From an uncultured bacterium (GTDB taxonomy: Bacteria; Gemmatimonadota; Gemmatimonadetes; Gemmatimonadales; Gemmatimonadaceae), in contig CAXBQP010000009.1 in assembly GCA_963978095.1 (NCBI GenBank), positions 1 through 64,000 of the forward strand: a DNA stretch of 64,000 nt, written 5' to 3'. The notes under the pieces were generated by a model. The model saw nothing but the letters and a program-made list of their open reading frames with translations, was not told the DNA's origin and did not search any database. The stretch's first letter is position 1; every line of letters starts with the position of its first letter. A program made the position numbers and the translations under genes. This document shows, in pieces, positions 42,529 to 52,127 of this stretch.

Positions 42529-43458
42529 ATGAACAGCGTCGATCACGGTATGAACGATTCCTCAAACCTCGATGTCCTCGGGAGCCCATTCCTTCGGGCG
42601 CTCGAGCGTGCCGCGTTGGCCGTGGGTCGACTCGATGCTCTGGGGCGGAGCGCCGAGCCCGGGGTGCGTGACCTGCTGGCCTTGCGTTGCAGCGTCGTCG
42701 CGGCAGGCGTGCCGTCCACCGCGTGTCGTGACGGAATCATCGCGCTTCTCCGCGCCGATGGCGAGGGGGGGGATGCTGCCTCGCGTCTGGCCGCCGTGTT
42801 CGCGGAGGGTGCCGCCCGTTCGCGGGCCGGAACGGCGCCGACGGCGCGTTGGGTGCACGACCAACTCGGCGAGGGCGAGGGGGGGCACGACCTCCCCCGC
42901 GAGTTGGACGAGCACCTCCGGGCGATGCGTCCCCCTGCTTCCGGTGTGCTGCCGGCGCTCGTTGCTGCCAGGACGCTGGTTCAGGGCGGGGGACGGTCCG
43001 AAGCCCGCACGCTCTCGGCCACCGCGCTCGCGGCGCTCGTCCTCCATCATGCGGGATCGCTCGGCGGACTCTGGTGCACGATCCCGGCTGCCTTGGTGGC
43101 GGGAATGGAGACGCCTGACCTGGTGCAGCTGGCCGATGCCCTCGCAACCGCCGCGCATGACGCCGCGCACGCGCTCGCCGCCGCCACCGCTGCGCTACCA
43201 GTGCATGAGGCGCAGGTGCGCGCGGCACACGGGCGTGCGGCGCGTGGCGCCACTGCGGTACTCCGTGCCTTTCGCCGGTGGTCAGTGCTCGAGATTCCGA
43301 GCGCCGCCCGCCGCTTGCGGTGCACGCGTCCGACCGTCGCGGCCGCGATCGACCGGCTCGAAACGCTGGGACTCGTGACCGAGCTCACCGGTCGAGGGCG
43401 CGACCGGGTCTGGTGCTACGCCGCGCTGGCCGACGCGATGGTCATGGTGCCGCGGTAG
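42529..43458 (+). CDS. Fic-like protein lacking the catalytic motif, with C-terminal winged HTH
   Basis: Fic_N-like LERAALAVGRLD; C-terminus AARRLRCTRPTVAAAIDRLETLGLVTELTGRGRDRVWCY; no HPFxDGNGR. Alternative start at 42550. Confidence 0.7.
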   Translation: MNSVDHGMNDSSNLDVLGSPFLRALERAALAVGRLDALGRSAEPGVRDLLALRCSVVAAGVPSTACRDGIIALLRADGEGGDAASRLAAVFAEGAARSRAGTAPTARWVHDQLGEGEGGHDLPRELDEHLRAMRPPASGVLPALVAARTLVQGGGRSEARTLSATALAALVLHHAGSLGGLWCTIPAALVAGMETPDLVQLADALATAAHDAAHALAAATAALPVHEAQVRAAHGRAARGATAVLRAFRRWSVLEIPSAARRLRCTRPTVAAAIDRLETLGLVTELTGRGRDRVWCYAALADAMVMVPR

Positions 43459-43981
43459 ACACCGCGCGCTCGATCAACGCCACGATCTCGCGGACCGAAC
43501 TTTCGCCCCGGTCCGTGGCGTACCAACGGCGTTCACGGGCGACGCGCTCCATCGGATCCAGCGCGGCCCACTCCCCCTGCACCAGCGCTTGGAGCGCGGT
43601 CGGACGCGGGCCCCACCAGCCGCGTTCGGCGAACGCGTCGTCGTAGAGGATGACGACGGGGATCGAACGGCTCTTCCCGTTCGTGAGGTGCGCGTCCATG
43701 AGGTCGAGATTCTGGTCCCGCTCGAGGATCCGCAGGTCGAGATTGGACGCGCGGTCGGCGAGGGCGTCGATGAAGGGGATCGAGCTCGCCGCGTCGATGC
43801 ACCAATCCTCACTCAGGACGACCAAATGCAACGGGCTTCCGGCGGCCTCCACGGCCGCGACGGCCGCGTCGCTGACGGTGGCGCGGCGGCGCGTGAGCGT
43901 CCACAGCTCCACCAGCTTGTGGGCCGCGGCGACCATCTGGTCGTAGCGTTGGCCGGCATCGTATCGCGCACGGTTCATCAT
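43442..43981 (-). CDS. Thioredoxin-like protein (WCxD type)
   Basis: VVLSEDWCIDA, RDQNLDLMDAHLTNGKSRSIP, WGPRP. Confidence 0.85.
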   Translation of the reverse strand: MMNRARYDAGQRYDQMVAAAHKLVELWTLTRRRATVSDAAVAAVEAAGSPLHLVVLSEDWCIDAASSIPFIDALADRASNLDLRILERDQNLDLMDAHLTNGKSRSIPVVILYDDAFAERGWWGPRPTALQALVQGEWAALDPMERVARERRWYATDRGESSVREIVALIERAVSTAAP

Positions 43982-44127
43982 GGTCCGAACGGGGCAAAGG
44001 GGAAGCGTTCGTTGAAGGTAACCTGGGATGCCGGGCAGACGTGGACAGTCGGCAAAGGTCCGCTCGCGGTTCAGGGTTTCCCTCACCGGCGTGACCCCAG
44101 CCCCTGCTCTGTCGTGTACACGGTGTG

Positions 44128-44760
44128 ATGCGACGACTCCTGCTTGCGCCATTGACCATGGCGGTGGTGGCCTGCGCCCCGGCGCTGCGGCCACTGCCGC
44201 CGATGGCCCCACTGCCCGAGCCGCCAGCGGAGTCCCCGTTGCCGACGGTCGTGACGGTCGCGGAGGAACCAGACGCCCCCGCGAGGTGGCGTGACCGGGA
44301 TATGGAGGCGCTCCGGAGTCGTGGACTCACGATTCCCGTGGACGGGGTGTTGGCGGGGCAGATCGCCGACAGCTTTTCGGCCCCTCGCGACGGGGCGCGG
44401 GTCCACAATGCCGTGGACATCATGGCGCGCAAAGGGACGCCGGTGCTTGCCGCGGACGACGGCACGGTCCTCAAGGTCGGGACGAACACCTTGGGCGGGA
44501 ACGTGATCTGGGCCTTCGATCCGTCGCACCGATGGGTGTACTACTACGCGCATCTCGATCACTTCCGGGCCGGCATCCGCGAGGGACAGGCGCTGGCTCG
44601 GGGAGATGTGATCGGGTACGTCGGCACCACCGGCAACGCGCCCAAGGATGCCCCGCATCTGCACTTTCAGCTGCTGCGGCTGATCGACGGCAAGCACTAT
44701 TCCGAAGGGGCGCCCGTCAACCCGGTCCCCCTCTTCATCGGGACGGCGGTATCGCATTAG
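44128..44760 (+). CDS. M23 family metallopeptidase lipoprotein
   Basis: Lipobox VVAC; HNAVD (HxxxD), YYAHL, PHLHF. Confidence 0.9.
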   Translation: MRRLLLAPLTMAVVACAPALRPLPPMAPLPEPPAESPLPTVVTVAEEPDAPARWRDRDMEALRSRGLTIPVDGVLAGQIADSFSAPRDGARVHNAVDIMARKGTPVLAADDGTVLKVGTNTLGGNVIWAFDPSHRWVYYYAHLDHFRAGIREGQALARGDVIGYVGTTGNAPKDAPHLHFQLLRLIDGKHYSEGAPVNPVPLFIGTAVSH

Positions 44761-44864
44761 ACGGGCGCCACGCGCTCCGGCTGACGGCCGCCTCGCCGGA
44801 TTGCCTGCCACGGCCTAACTTTCCGTTCGCTCCTTCCCGAACTTCCTTCGCTTCGCTCCATCGC

Positions 44865-45257
44865 ATGCCATCCCCCCACGACAATCTCCCGGTCGTGCTG
44901 ATCGTCGACGACGATCCGCAGCTTCGCGGCGTGGTGTCGATCATCTTGAGCGCGGGCGATCGCGAGCTCGTGGTGGCGGAGGATGTGGATGATGCGCTGG
45001 CGGTGATTCAGAGCCGCCCGGTGGCGGTGGTCGTGGCCGATTACCAGATGCCCGGCAAGAGTGGGTTGGACTTCCTGACGGCGCTGCGCGAGGGCGGGTT
45101 TGAAACGCCGTTCATCCTGATGTCCGGGGATTCGCATGCCAAGGCGGACGCAGCCGAGCGCGGGCATGCGGTACACGCGGTGCTCACCAAGCCGATCGCG
45201 CCGATGGAACTCCGGCGTCTCGTCAACGAACTGCTCAGCGGCGCAGGTGCGGCATGA
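44865..45257 (+). CDS. Single-domain response regulator
   Basis: LIVDDD, ADYQMPGKSG, ILMSG, LTKP. Confidence 0.9.
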   Translation: MPSPHDNLPVVLIVDDDPQLRGVVSIILSAGDRELVVAEDVDDALAVIQSRPVAVVVADYQMPGKSGLDFLTALREGGFETPFILMSGDSHAKADAAERGHAVHAVLTKPIAPMELRRLVNELLSGAGAA

Positions 45258-46780
45258 GTGCCGTGCGTGCCGGTGCCCATCTGCTCGACCTGCTCGGCGA
45301 CGGCATCGTCGCGTTCGACGCGTCCCGCCGGGCGATGCTCTGTTCGGACGCTGCCGCGCGGATTCTGGGGCGGTCGTCCTCGGAGATCGTGGGCATGGAA
45401 CGGGATGAGGTCCTGTCGCTGACTCTCGGGGTGGAAGCGCGGGGGATTTCCGTCAAGGTACAGGACGTGTCGAATCTGCAGGACGAGGCGCAGTCGGTGC
45501 TGTTGCTGCGCGCGGTCGATGTGCGCCTCATGGCGGAGCGGAGCTCGCTGGCGGAACGGGTCGAGGAGCGCACGCGCGAGCTGCGGAACGCCAACGCCGA
45601 GCTCGAACGTGCCTCACGACACAAGGACGAGTTCCTGGCGGCGATGAGCCACGAGCTGCGCACGCCGCTGAACGCGATTCTCGGACTGACCGAAGCGATG
45701 CAAGAGGGGCTGTTCGGCCCCGTGACGGATCCGCAGGGCCGGAGTCTGGCCGACATCGAGTCGAGCGGTCGCCATCTGCTGGCGGTGATCAACGACATCC
45801 TCGACCTGTCGAAGGTCATGGCCGGGAAGCGCGAGGTGCTTACGGCGCCGGTGATGCTGGCCAGTCTCGCCGATGCGAGTTTGCGCATGGTGCGGCAGCT
45901 CGCGCTCAAGAAGCGGATCAACCTGCAACTCGACTTGACGGGGCTTCCCGACCAGATCGAGACCGACGAACGGCTCGTGAAGCAGGTGCTGGTGAATCTG
46001 CTCAGTAACGCGGTGAAGTTCACCTCCGACGGCGGCATGGTCCGTCTTGACGGCGCGGTGGACGTGGAGAAGGGGAAAATCACCCTGCGCGTGACGGACA
46101 CCGGGATCGGAATTTCGCCGGCCAATCTGCCGCGCATCTTCAAGCCGTTCGAGCAGATCGACGGCGGGCTCGCCCGTCGACATGCCGGCACGGGACTCGG
46201 GCTCGCCCTGGTGTCACGCCTCAGTGAACTTTTGGGGGGCGGGGTGTTCGTGGAGAGTACCGAAGGCGAAGGAAGCCGATTCAGTCTCGCGCTGCCGTTG
46301 AGTCGGGGCACCGCCGCCGACGCGCCCTCTGACGCCGAGGCTCCGGTCGCGCCCAGGGTGTCGGTTCCCGGGACTCGTCCATCGCGGACGATCCTGCTGG
46401 CCGAGGACAACGAAGCGAACCAGCGCACCTTCGTCGGCTATCTGCAGGCCAAAGGCTACACGGTGGCGGTCGCGTGGAACGGCGAAGAGGCGATCGCGCA
46501 GGCGCAGGCGACCAACCCGGCGCTGATTCTGATGGACATCCAGATGCCGAAGATGGACGGGCTCACGGCGATCCGTCGCCTGCGTGAGGATCCGCGCTTT
46601 GCGCACACGCCGATCGTCGCGCTGACGGCGCTCGCGATGCCGGGCGATCGGGAGCGGTGTTTGGACGCCGGCGCGAACCTCCATCTCACCAAGCCGGTCC
46701 GATTGCGCGATCTCACGAGCGCGATCGAAGAGCAGATCAAAGCGACCGATGGGGGGTCCACCGGGACCGGATCCGCATGA
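45254..46780 (+). CDS. Hybrid histidine kinase (short PAS-like, HisKA, HATPase, REC)
   Basis: FLAAMSHELRTPLN, NLLSNAVKFT, GTGLGL, ILLAEDN, MDIQMPKMDG. Confidence 0.93.
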   Translation: MSAVRAGAHLLDLLGDGIVAFDASRRAMLCSDAAARILGRSSSEIVGMERDEVLSLTLGVEARGISVKVQDVSNLQDEAQSVLLLRAVDVRLMAERSSLAERVEERTRELRNANAELERASRHKDEFLAAMSHELRTPLNAILGLTEAMQEGLFGPVTDPQGRSLADIESSGRHLLAVINDILDLSKVMAGKREVLTAPVMLASLADASLRMVRQLALKKRINLQLDLTGLPDQIETDERLVKQVLVNLLSNAVKFTSDGGMVRLDGAVDVEKGKITLRVTDTGIGISPANLPRIFKPFEQIDGGLARRHAGTGLGLALVSRLSELLGGGVFVESTEGEGSRFSLALPLSRGTAADAPSDAEAPVAPRVSVPGTRPSRTILLAEDNEANQRTFVGYLQAKGYTVAVAWNGEEAIAQAQATNPALILMDIQMPKMDGLTAIRRLREDPRFAHTPIVALTALAMPGDRERCLDAGANLHLTKPVRLRDLTSAIEEQIKATDGGSTGTGSA

Positions 46781-48504
46781 GCGTGGCGAGCGTCGTGCTC
46801 GTGGTGGACGACGAACCCCGGAATCGCCGGCTGTTGACGGAAACGTTGCGCCCGGCCGGATACGAAATGCGCGAAGCCGCCGACGGTCGCAGTGCGCTGG
46901 ACGACGCGCGGGGGGTGCGGCCGGATCTCGTGCTGCTCGATGTCATGATGCCCGACATGGACGGGTTCGAGACCTGCCGCCACTTCCGCGCGGACCCGGA
47001 TCTGCGCGATGTGCCGATCATCCTGGTCACGGCGCTGGACGATCGTGAGTCGCGATTGACGGGGATCGAAGCCGGCGCGGATGACTTCCTGACGAAGCCG
47101 GTCGATCTCACGGAACTGCGTGCCCGCGTGCGCACGATCTGCCGGTTGAACCGCGCGCGGGCGCTGTACGAGGAGCGCACGCGTCTGGATCAACTCACGG
47201 CGCTGTCGCCGAACGCGGTCATTGTGCTCGATCTCTCCGGTCAGGTGGCGTATGCCAACGCGTTGGCCGAGCCGCTCGTGGCCGACGCGGAGATCCTTGC
47301 GCGACTGTTGCCGATTGCCGCGCGCGGCGGGCTGGGCGACCATGTCCGAGAGGAGATCGCGGTCACCGTCGGTGGGACCCCCCGGGAGTTCGACGTTGCA
47401 GTGGCCTTGGTACCTTGGGCGGGGAAGTCGGCGGCGCAGGTCGTATTGACGGACGTGACCGCACCGCGCGCGTGGGAGCGGTCCGCCACCGAGCAGCGCC
47501 GACTGGAGTCGCTGGGGCGGTTCGCCTCCAGCGTGGCCCACGAATTCGCCAGCGTCATGACGGTCATCGACATGAGCGCCGAAATGCTGTTGCGGGCCGA
47601 TGACCCGGAGCTGCACACCGTGCTGCTGGGCGAGATGCGCCACGCGATCCAGCGCGGCGCGATCCTGACGCGCGACATTCTCAGCTTCGGCCGTCCGCAG
47701 CCGACGGCGGCGGCCCCGCACGATGCACGGGTCACGCTCACCGACACGGCGCGCCTGCTCCGCCGCCTGTTGCCGAAGGCCATCCGGCTCGAGACCGCCT
47801 TGTCCGATGACGCGTTGCCGGTGGCGATGAGCCGCGAGCGGCTGGAGCAGGTGCTCGTGAATCTCTGCTTCAACGCGCGCGACGCGATGCCGAGCGGCGG
47901 CTCGCTCGCCCTGCGCGGGTACGCCGACGATCACTGGGTCACGATCGAGATCGTGGACAGTGGGACCGGAATGGACGAATCCACCCGCCGGCGCGTGTTC
48001 GAAGCGTTCTTCACCACGAAGCCGGCGGGCGTCGGCACCGGCCTTGGGCTCTGGATCGTGAATGCGCTCGTGGATGCCGTCAGCGGAAAGGTGGAGATCG
48101 AGAGCCAGGTGGATGCGGGAACCACCGTGCGGGTCCGACTCCCCCTCCTGCCGTTCTTCGATATTCCCGTCGCCGCCGAGAACACGGGTGGGCCGCGCGG
48201 CGCGGGACAGCGCCTGTGTCTTGCCGTGGCCGACGACACCGTGAACAAAGCGATGGCTCGGCTCCTCGGCGGAGTCGGCTATGTCGTCGTGGCGGCCGAA
48301 GGGCCGCACGATGTGCTGATCGCCGATGTCTCGTTGTCGACGGAGGAGATGGTGGCGCGAGCCTCAGCGGGCGGTCGGCTGCTGGTGCTCGGGGGCGACG
48401 GTCCCGAACCATCGGCGACCTTGCGGGTGGAGCGGATCGCCGAGCCGGTGCGCGGCAAGGCGGTGCTCGAGGCGCTGGAACGACTCTTCACGACGGCGGA
48501 CTGA
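46777..48504 (+). CDS. Hybrid kinase REC-PAS-HisKA-HATPase with degenerate C-terminal REC
   Basis: VVDDE, LDVMMPDMDG, SVAHEFAS H-box, NLCFNARDAM, FFTTK..G.GTGLGL. Confidence 0.9.
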   Translation: MSVASVVLVVDDEPRNRRLLTETLRPAGYEMREAADGRSALDDARGVRPDLVLLDVMMPDMDGFETCRHFRADPDLRDVPIILVTALDDRESRLTGIEAGADDFLTKPVDLTELRARVRTICRLNRARALYEERTRLDQLTALSPNAVIVLDLSGQVAYANALAEPLVADAEILARLLPIAARGGLGDHVREEIAVTVGGTPREFDVAVALVPWAGKSAAQVVLTDVTAPRAWERSATEQRRLESLGRFASSVAHEFASVMTVIDMSAEMLLRADDPELHTVLLGEMRHAIQRGAILTRDILSFGRPQPTAAAPHDARVTLTDTARLLRRLLPKAIRLETALSDDALPVAMSRERLEQVLVNLCFNARDAMPSGGSLALRGYADDHWVTIEIVDSGTGMDESTRRRVFEAFFTTKPAGVGTGLGLWIVNALVDAVSGKVEIESQVDAGTTVRVRLPLLPFFDIPVAAENTGGPRGAGQRLCLAVADDTVNKAMARLLGGVGYVVVAAEGPHDVLIADVSLSTEEMVARASAGGRLLVLGGDGPEPSATLRVERIAEPVRGKAVLEALERLFTTAD

Positions 48505-48815
48505 TGGCGATGACAGGGAAGGCGCGCGCTGAGTTGCGCGGCGAATGCAATGGCCTGAAGGCCACGGTGCACGTGGGTGCGCACGGCCTCACCGACGCGC
48601 TGATCGGTGCGCTCGACGATGCCCTGCGCACACACGAACTCGTGAAGGTGCAGCTCGGCAAGCCGGTGGAGCTTCCGGCACGCGAAGCGGCGCGTCAGCT
48701 GGCGGTCGCGGTGCACGCCGACGTGATCCAGGTCATCGGCAAGACCACCACGCTGTACCGGCACAACCCGGATCTCAAGCGCAAAGCCGGCAGTCTGCCC
48801 CCCTGGAAGGGATGA
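48504..48815 (+). CDS. yhbY: YhbY/CRM-domain RNA-binding protein
   Basis: MTGKARAELR, VHVGAHGL, HELVKV, IQVIGKTTTLYR. Confidence 0.9.
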   Translation: MAMTGKARAELRGECNGLKATVHVGAHGLTDALIGALDDALRTHELVKVQLGKPVELPAREAARQLAVAVHADVIQVIGKTTTLYRHNPDLKRKAGSLPPWKG

Positions 48816-48833
48816 GACGCCACCGGCGCCGTG

Positions 48834-51119
48834 CTACACGCGCGCCGGCACCGCCGCGAGTACGCGCCACGGGGTGAGCGGGATCTGCAACACCTCCGCC
48901 CCGATCGCATCGGCGACCGCCGCGGCAATGGCGGGCGCGGTCGGAATCACCGGCGGCTCCGCGATCCCACGCGCCCCGGTGTGATTCGCTGCGGCATCCG
49001 CCCCCGCCACGAAGAAGGCGTCGATCCGGGGGACATCGGCCATGGTCGGGATCTTGTAGTCGTGCAATGACGGATTCATCACCATCCCGAGTCGGCGATC
49101 CAGCACGCGTTCTTCGGTGAGCGCATAGCCCATCCCCTGGAGAATCCCTCCCTCGAGCTGGCTTTCGGCGAGGGTCGGGTTGATGATCCGTCCGGCGTCG
49201 TGGGCCGCGACGATCCGCAGCACGTTCACGATCCCCGTGTCGAGATGCACCTCGACCTCCGCGAACTGCACGCCGAACGTATTGATCGCGGTGTTCTGGG
49301 GATTCGGTCCGCGCGATCCCTTGCCGTAGATCATGATGTTGCCGAGTCGCTTGCAGACGTCGGCAAAGGCCATCCCGCGATCGGTGTCGCGCACCGTGAT
49401 CCGGGAGTCCCGCGCCTCGAGCATGTCGGGCGTGGTGTCGAGCATCGCGGCCGCGGCCTGGAAGAGCTGGCGCTGCGCGTCCAGGGCGGCCATGCGCACC
49501 GCCGGGCCGACGCTGGGCGTCGTCATGGAGCCCCACGAATTTCCGGCGTAGGGGAGATGCTCGGTGTCACCGATGATGGCGCGCACATCGGAAAGTGCGG
49601 CGCCGATCGCCTCGGCGGCGATCTGCGAGAGCACGGTGCGCGCCCCCGTGCCAAGGTCCTGTGTGCCGGCGAGCACATCGATGCTGGCGTCGGCGTTGAT
49701 GCGCACGTGGGCATAGGACGGCGGTCCGCCGCCCGTGGGCCAGACCTGCGCGGCGAGTCCGACGCCACGCCGGATGCGGCCGGTCTGCGCGGCGCGCGGC
49801 GCGTGCCATCCGAAACGTTCCGCGCCCGCGGTGTAGCAGTCGAGCAGCGCGTTGCCGCTGTAGGGACGTCCTTGGCGCGGGTCCTTCTTGGCGAAGTTCT
49901 TGCGACGCAGTGCGAGCGGGTCCATGCCGAGCGCCGCGGCGAGGGCGTTCATGGCGCCCTCGAGTCCGAACGCGCCTTCGACGTAGCCAGGGCCCCGGAA
50001 GGCCTGCATGCCGCTGGCGTTGATGTACGCGAACCGTTCTTCGCTGCGCACGTTCGGGCAGGCGTAGAGCTCGTGATAGATCTGCGCCGGGCCCCCCTCC
50101 CAGCCACTGATGCCCAAGGGCACGTCGGCGCTGAGCTGGATGGCCGTGAGCGTGCCGTTCTTCTTCGCCGCGATCGTGACACGCTGTACCGTGGCCGGAC
50201 GATTGCCGCTGTCCACCTGTTCGGCTTCGCGGTCGTTGAGGCAGCGAACGGCACGGTTCATCCGCTTGGCGAACAGGGCGGCGACGAACGTGTGCGCGCC
50301 GGCGCCGTTCTTCGCGCCGAACCCTCCGCCCATGTACTCCTTGATCACGCGGACGCGCGAGAGCGGGAGATCGAGGGCACGCGCCACGTCACCGCGGGTG
50401 CGGAAGATCCCTTGCGTCGACTCCCACACGGTCAGACGGTCGCCCTCCCACTCCGCGCACGCACCGTGCGGCTCGAGCGCGGAGTGGAGCTGGACCGGCG
50501 TGCGGAACTCGCGGGTGATCACCACATCGGCGGCGGCGAGCCCTGCGGCCACGTCGCCGCGTTCCATGATGACCGGGGATTGCGGCGCGAAGTTGCCCGC
50601 CGGCTTGACCCGCGGTGCGTGCGGTGCGGCGGCGTCGTCGAACGTGGCGGCGAAGGGGAGCGGCTCATACGTGATGGCGATCGCGCGCGCCGCGCGCTCG
50701 GCGCTGGCGAGTGAGTCGGCGCAGACGGCGGCCACGGGCTGGCCGTGGTAGAGGACCTCTGTCCCGAAGAGTCGCGTTTTCGCGGGGGCATCGCCCGGCA
50801 GCAGGATGTCGTACACGCCGACGAGCGCCCGGGCGGCGGTCGCGTCAACGCGCGCGATGCGTCCCCGCGCGGTGCTTGCGCGGACGATGACGGCGTGCAA
50901 CATCCCCGGGCGAGTGATATCAGCCGTGTACCGCGCGCGACCATTCACCTTCTCGCGGGCATCCATGCGAGGAACGCGCGCGCCGACGATCTGCAGTGGG
51001 GTATCCGCCGTCCACGGCGCCGGCTCGAACGCCGGCACCTCGACGATGCGTGTCTCGGTGCGCCCTTCGACTTCGACGGTGGTCGGGACGAATCCGCCGG
51101 CCTTCGGTTTACGCGCCAC
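48834..51119 (-). CDS. Xanthine dehydrogenase family molybdopterin-binding subunit (PaoC/YagR-like)
   Basis: KVNGRARY, LEPH, YMGGGFGAK, FRGPG, QDLGTG, AHDAGRIINP, GIAEPP. GTG start chosen to minimise overlap with the 2Fe-2S gene. Confidence 0.93.
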   Translation of the reverse strand: MARKPKAGGFVPTTVEVEGRTETRIVEVPAFEPAPWTADTPLQIVGARVPRMDAREKVNGRARYTADITRPGMLHAVIVRASTARGRIARVDATAARALVGVYDILLPGDAPAKTRLFGTEVLYHGQPVAAVCADSLASAERAARAIAITYEPLPFAATFDDAAAPHAPRVKPAGNFAPQSPVIMERGDVAAGLAAADVVITREFRTPVQLHSALEPHGACAEWEGDRLTVWESTQGIFRTRGDVARALDLPLSRVRVIKEYMGGGFGAKNGAGAHTFVAALFAKRMNRAVRCLNDREAEQVDSGNRPATVQRVTIAAKKNGTLTAIQLSADVPLGISGWEGGPAQIYHELYACPNVRSEERFAYINASGMQAFRGPGYVEGAFGLEGAMNALAAALGMDPLALRRKNFAKKDPRQGRPYSGNALLDCYTAGAERFGWHAPRAAQTGRIRRGVGLAAQVWPTGGGPPSYAHVRINADASIDVLAGTQDLGTGARTVLSQIAAEAIGAALSDVRAIIGDTEHLPYAGNSWGSMTTPSVGPAVRMAALDAQRQLFQAAAAMLDTTPDMLEARDSRITVRDTDRGMAFADVCKRLGNIMIYGKGSRGPNPQNTAINTFGVQFAEVEVHLDTGIVNVLRIVAAHDAGRIINPTLAESQLEGGILQGMGYALTEERVLDRRLGMVMNPSLHDYKIPTMADVPRIDAFFVAGADAAANHTGARGIAEPPVIPTAPAIAAAVADAIGAEVLQIPLTPWRVLAAVPARV

Positions 51120-51609
51120 GGGGAACTCCAGGCGCTGCGTCCGCGGCTGAGGCGTGGCGGCGCGCTGCGGCGACCGCTTGGATGGCGCGTACGATCTTCG
51201 GGTAGGTTCCGCAGCGACAGAGGTTGCCACTCATCGCCGCGACGATCTCCGGTTCGCTTGGCGCCGGCTGGCGCGCGAGCAGGTCGTGTGCGGCCATCAG
51301 TTGCCCCGGGGTGCAGAAGCCGCATTGGGCGGCGTCGTAGGTGATGAAGGCCTGTTGCAGGTCGTTGAGCGAGCCGTCTGGGGCGCCGAGTCCTTCGACC
51401 GTCGTGATGGTCGCTCCGTCGCAGGCCGCCGCGAGCGTGAGGCAGGCGTAGGCGGTGCGCCCGTCGAGCAGGACGGTGCAGGCCCCGCACTCGCCGCGGT
51501 CGCAGACCAGTTTGGTGCCGGTGAGCGCGAGGTCGTCGCGCAGAAGGTCCAGCAGCGTGCCTTGCGGCGCGGCGACCCGGTGGAGTCGTTCGTTCACGGT
51601 CAGTTGCAT
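51109..51609 (-). CDS. (2Fe-2S)-binding small subunit, xanthine dehydrogenase family
   Basis: GTKLVCDRGECGACTV, QCGFCTPG, GNLCRCG. Confidence 0.95.
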   Translation of the reverse strand: MQLTVNERLHRVAAPQGTLLDLLRDDLALTGTKLVCDRGECGACTVLLDGRTAYACLTLAAACDGATITTVEGLGAPDGSLNDLQQAFITYDAAQCGFCTPGQLMAAHDLLARQPAPSEPEIVAAMSGNLCRCGTYPKIVRAIQAVAAARRHASAADAAPGVPRGA

Positions 51610-51736
51610 GGTAGGGAAATAGCCGTAACGACGGGGCGCTGTCAAAGCCGGCGGGAGCACGCCTTGTTGAAGACGCGGAGGCGCGATAATCTTCTGCTCC
51701 CACCCCGTCACACCGATTCCCCGAGAGGACAGGCCG

Positions 51737-52000
51737 ATGCCGTACGTGATCACCGAGGCGTGCAAGGATACCAAGGACAAGTCGTGCGTTGACGTGTGCC
51801 CGGTGGATTGCATTTACGAAGGGCCCGAGATGCTGTACATCCACCCGGATGAGTGCATCGACTGTGGCGCCTGCGAACCGGAGTGCCCGGTGACCGCGAT
51901 CTTCCCCGAAGAGGATGTGCCGGGGAACCAGCGCCAGTATGTCCAGATCAATCGGGACGTGTTCAAGAGCGAGAATCCGCCGAAGCGTCCGACGCGCTAA
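51737..52000 (+). CDS. fdxA: Ferredoxin (7Fe FdxA-type)
   Basis: [40 protein letters not shown]. Confidence 0.93.
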   Translation: MPYVITEACKDTKDKSCVDVCPVDCIYEGPEMLYIHPDECIDCGACEPECPVTAIFPEEDVPGNQRQYVQINRDVFKSENPPKRPTR

Positions 52001-52021
52001 CTCGTTGCATTTCAACGGTTT

Positions 52022-52057
52022 GAAGGCCGAGGCCACTGCCTCGGCCTTCGTCGTTTT
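52022..52057 (+). terminator. Rho-independent terminator after the ferredoxin gene
   Basis: GAAGGCCGAGGC-CACT-GCCTCGGCCTTC 12-bp stem followed by GTCGTTTT. Confidence 0.75.
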
Positions 52058-52127
52058 GCCCGGGTCCGCGTCCGGGGTGGGCAATGCGCTAGATTTGGCG
52101 GGACGTCATTCCTCCTTCCCGGACTCA

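Noticed and set aside
51109..51230. Apparent 122-nt overlap of the Mo and 2Fe-2S subunit genes
   Set aside because: An in-frame GTG at 51119 reduces it to an ordinary 11-nt overlap.
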